DNA of 63,734 bases, counting the filler, from Craspedostauros australis (lineage: Eukaryota), in the NCBI GenBank assembly GCA_030167865.1. It is 11 parts of 11 records of this genome, joined end to end, with 100 filler letters (N's around TTAATTAATTAA, not from the genome) between each part and the next. Parts side by side here need not be neighbours in the genome. Positions count along the whole stretch, not along the records: positions 57,386 to 61,129 come from JALAGF010003043.1; positions 61,230 to 62,260 come from JALAGF010003044.1; positions 62,361 to 63,734 come from JALAGF010003045.1; 8 more parts are not named here. One strand, written 5' to 3'. Position numbers and translations under genes: made by a program. The notes beneath the pieces were generated by a model, which had not been told where the DNA came from, did not search any database, and saw nothing but the letters and a program-made list of their open reading frames with translations. Shown one piece after another: positions 60,901 to 63,734 of the stretch (position 1 is its first letter; each line of letters starts with the position of its first letter).

Positions 60901-61129
60901 ACTGCAATTTGCAGGTGCCGTGGTCCATTGTTGCTGACGTCAATCTGCTCGTGCCCAAATGACACACCGTCGAAAGTGAATGGAAGATATCCACAGCGCT
61001 TGTGTGTGCCCTCGAGGTCGGCATCCTTTTCCATCAAGATTGCAGTCATATCTTCACTGTTGTACCCACGATCGGCCATGAGTGTGATATGACGGAGCAG
61101 TCCATTGGTCTGCGCAACCTGTGGCAAGA
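57914..61129 (-). CDS. piggyBac-like transposase with inserted YqaJ/lambda-exonuclease-like domain and C-terminal Cys-rich domain; intron 59401-59272; N-terminus in gap
   Basis: ITLMADRGY (second Asp), EQGDHLWFMQRRFAFTST, GHANE, ASVDF, VVEMKTR, IQLLHH, PGVIARWNGFKGGSDVMTRM (third Asp), RKECVVC..TKWMCMECHMFAC..CYRMLH. A 130-nt GTACGT..TAG intron joins ORFs 59394..61127 and 57914..59404 in frame. Confidence 0.8.
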
Positions 61130-61920
61130 NNNNNNNNNNNNNNNNNNNNNNNNNNNNNNNNNNNNNNNNNNNNTTAATTAATTAANNNNNNNNNNNNNNN
61201 NNNNNNNNNNNNNNNNNNNNNNNNNNNNNCCCCCCCCCCCCAGGACCGACTGCAGGTCCCGTCACTCAAGTGGGTCGTAATGAAATAGCAAACAGAACAA
61301 CTATCAACCAACACCATCTTCCATGATCGCAGGTATCCATTCACGGAACTTGCCGACAACCATGAAAATAGACCCCACTGTGCTTGTGAAAGCAATGGGC
61401 AGCACGAGCCCTGCAATGGATGAACATATTCCACATACATAGGTCGTAGAGTAGTTGTTGCTTCTAGTCTCACCATTACCAATGCTATCGCTGTCGCTAT
61501 TGCTAGACATGGATGTGGATATTGGTGGGTGTATCGTCAATGCTGTCATCGTCAATCTTGCGGATCCATCTACACTCCCCACCTCTCCTCTACATTCAAT
61601 TGCTGGTTGAGACTAGAAAGCTCTTGTGTCATCTCCTTCCTCCGGTGCGACTAGCCTAATTCGGTGTTGCTCCCACGTTGCAAAACAACGAGGAGATCAA
61701 GCACGCTGATTGAACAACAAACCATGGAGGAAACGAACGAGGAAACGAATGCGGAAACCGACCAACGAGAAGGAAGGATCGATCATGCACCATAGCATGT
61801 GAGAGGCACATTCTGGCAACAAGTACCGCCACATTTCGGACTTTGCGGAGAACAGAGAGAGGGTGACAGAAGTGAAACCTGGGTATCGCATTGACAACCA
61901 TATCCATAATGACGTTTTTC

Positions 61921-62024
61921 TTGCGTCCGGACGCATTCTCTACGTAGAGAATGCGTCCGGACGCAAATTGAACGCTCAGTTTGCGTCCGGACGCAAATTG
62001 GGCCAATTTGCGTGGGGACGCAAA
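61921..62024. repeat. Array of four palindromic 14-mers including a perfect 46-bp palindrome
   Basis: TGCGTCCGGACGCA at 61922, 61952 and 61982 (period 30), plus variant TGCGTGGGGACGCA at 62009. Bases 61921-61966 equal their own reverse complement. Confidence 0.95.
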
Positions 62025-62420
62025 TGCAAGCTCGCCGAAAATACCACTTGTACTACTTAAGTGCCATGTTCCTCCACGATGTCCCGTGTTGCAGAAAAAA
62101 AAACGATTTCGGTCCGAAACCCGAAAGTGGGTTGTTTTTTTCTGACTCCTTCGAGTAACACATTTATTTGGCGTTTAAAAAAAAACCTCGCGATGCAGCA
62201 CGGCGTCATTGGTCATGTCTCAGGGGTTCCTTTCCGTGCGCCTGACTTGCTTTTCTGACGNNNNNNNNNNNNNNNNNNNNNNNNNNNNNNNNNNNNNNNN
62301 NNNNTTAATTAATTAANNNNNNNNNNNNNNNNNNNNNNNNNNNNNNNNNNNNNNNNNNNNAGTGCAGTTGAAGAATCGCCGCCGCCACCACAGAGTCTAT
62401 ACAGACCCCGGAAACCAACC

Positions 62421-63086
62421 TTGGCGCTGTGTTTTGCCTACAGTAATGAGGATGGTGACGGCGATGATGGTAGTGGGTGCGACGTCCCAAGTCATGTGAA
62501 CTCCGAAGGCTATCTGGTGCTGCCCCATGATGGGATGTCGGGGGGCGACATTAAATCATGCAGAACGAATCTCCATGATAGAAACCTTGAAGTGGAAGCG
62601 CATATACCGGATGACTCTTTCTACCGGCATCTGGTAGAAAAGGGCGAGTATCGCTTTCTCTTCGTCGCCTATCGCAAGTACACGTCAGCAGGCATCTTCT
62701 GGGTGCTCGCACTCGACAGTGACGACGCAGTCAATTGCGACGTGGCATGCTCGTGCTGTGGGTCCTGTGATCCCGCTTTTGGTGGGGATGTCCTCGATTC
62801 CAACCTAAGCAAGCTCATCGTCTCGAGTGAAGATGAAGACGGTGATGGCGGCGACGTCTGGGGCTTAGAGCACACAAACCCAGCCGCTTTGTTGGCATGG
62901 TCATGCATGGCAAAATCATTGAAGATCGAGCCTTTTGCCAGTACCTTTGACTTCGACAAGGCAAAGCGAAAGCTCAAGATGGCATTCGACAACAACTGGA
63001 TCAGGGGAGACATCGCGGATGCGAATGAGCAAGACAAAGCCATCTGGGAGTATTACAGGAACATGGAGCTCCTGTACGACGACTGA
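62421..63086 (+). CDS. Hypothetical protein, probably the 3' part of a gene
   Basis: 221-aa ORF with globular composition near the contig start. No family recognised. Confidence 0.5.
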   Translation: MALCFAYSNEDGDGDDGSGCDVPSHVNSEGYLVLPHDGMSGGDIKSCRTNLHDRNLEVEAHIPDDSFYRHLVEKGEYRFLFVAYRKYTSAGIFWVLALDSDDAVNCDVACSCCGSCDPAFGGDVLDSNLSKLIVSSEDEDGDGGDVWGLEHTNPAALLAWSCMAKSLKIEPFASTFDFDKAKRKLKMAFDNNWIRGDIADANEQDKAIWEYYRNMELLYDD

Positions 63087-63734
63087 ACTCCATCCCGCCA
63101 CGCTCTATGGAGCCAGCATCTTCCGAGTTGTATTTGAGAAATTCTTTCCGTGCATGTCATGGGCGCTGCGTCCTTGCAGAAGCCATCGACGGACAGTCAA
63201 TCGTTTGTCGGTTCCCCGTGTGCCCATCGCTGTCTCCTCAGGGAAATCCGGACCCTCTCGCAGGGAGGTATGATAGGAACTTGTGGGTGCGAGTGTGCGA
63301 GAGGCAGATGGTACAGTACTCTGGGCAACTTCTCCTCTTCGAATGTGATAACTTTGGTTTTGTGATTGGATTGTTTTTATGTGGAGTGCTGACTGTTTGC
63401 GCTCTTGAGGACGAGTGCTGCGCTGAATCCAACTCGAAGTTGAGCATGCGCCCACGAGCACAAGCAGCAGAGCAGAGTGGCACAGTGTGCAAGCCAGTAG
63501 AGTACGACCTACGGGAGTGTACGAGTAAGATGGGGCATTGGCACCCACGTGAAACACATCGGATCGGCTTCGTCCTCCATTGGTACGTCATACGAGTATG
63601 GTAGACGAGGTATTCGACGAATGTGTTACAATAGAATAGAATATGATATGATATAATGTTATATAACTAATAATATGTGTATATCACTACGAGTAAGGAA
63701 TAGGCCGACCGAGGATTCAAGTACGACTACTCTA

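Larger units (their letters stand above)
57474..62050 (-). mobile_element. piggyBac-like DNA transposon (spans one gap) with palindromic subterminal repeats
   Basis: Transposase on the minus strand. TGCGT-N4-ACGCA palindromes at 57509, 57548, 61922, 61952, 61982 and 62009. Imperfect TIRs begin CACG (57474) and CAAG (62050, minus strand). Confidence 0.72.

Noticed and set aside
61921..62024. CRISPR array
   Set aside because: Repeats are 14-16 bp with spacers of about 14-16 bp, there are no cas genes, and the context is eukaryotic. Transposon subterminal sites explain them better.
63630..63680. AT-rich degenerate pentamer run (ATAGA/ATATG)
   Set aside because: Ordinary low-complexity microsatellite with no link to other features.

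Overview
Eukaryotic DNA, most consistent with a diatom (GT-AG introns, bipartite signal/transit peptides, CDPK, ISIP1-like gene). The window is 11 contigs joined by 100-nt N spacers that each contain the artificial linker TTAATTAATTAA, so adjacency across gaps is not guaranteed. Bases 1-33100 are gene-rich: ankyrin protein, SohB-like S49 peptidase, M18 aminopeptidase, APC5, DnaJ, CDPK, GRIP golgin, an LSM11-like protein and a FABP-like protein. The rest is mostly repeat-derived. It holds four pieces of an APE/RNase H non-LTR retrotransposon group (Ambal-like), CpG-depleted decayed DNA, a possible Harbinger remnant with a spliced accessory gene, an ISIP1-like gene, and fragments of a Pls/PosA-like NRPS and CDC123. 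The best candidate for a novel system is at 57474-62050. It is a piggyBac-like DNA transposon whose spliced transposase carries a YqaJ/lambda-exonuclease-like PD-(D/E)XK nuclease between the second and third catalytic Asp. Its ends carry arrays of TGCGT-N4-ACGCA palindromes and non-canonical CA(C/A)G termini. All family assignments come from motifs recognised by eye; no searches were run.
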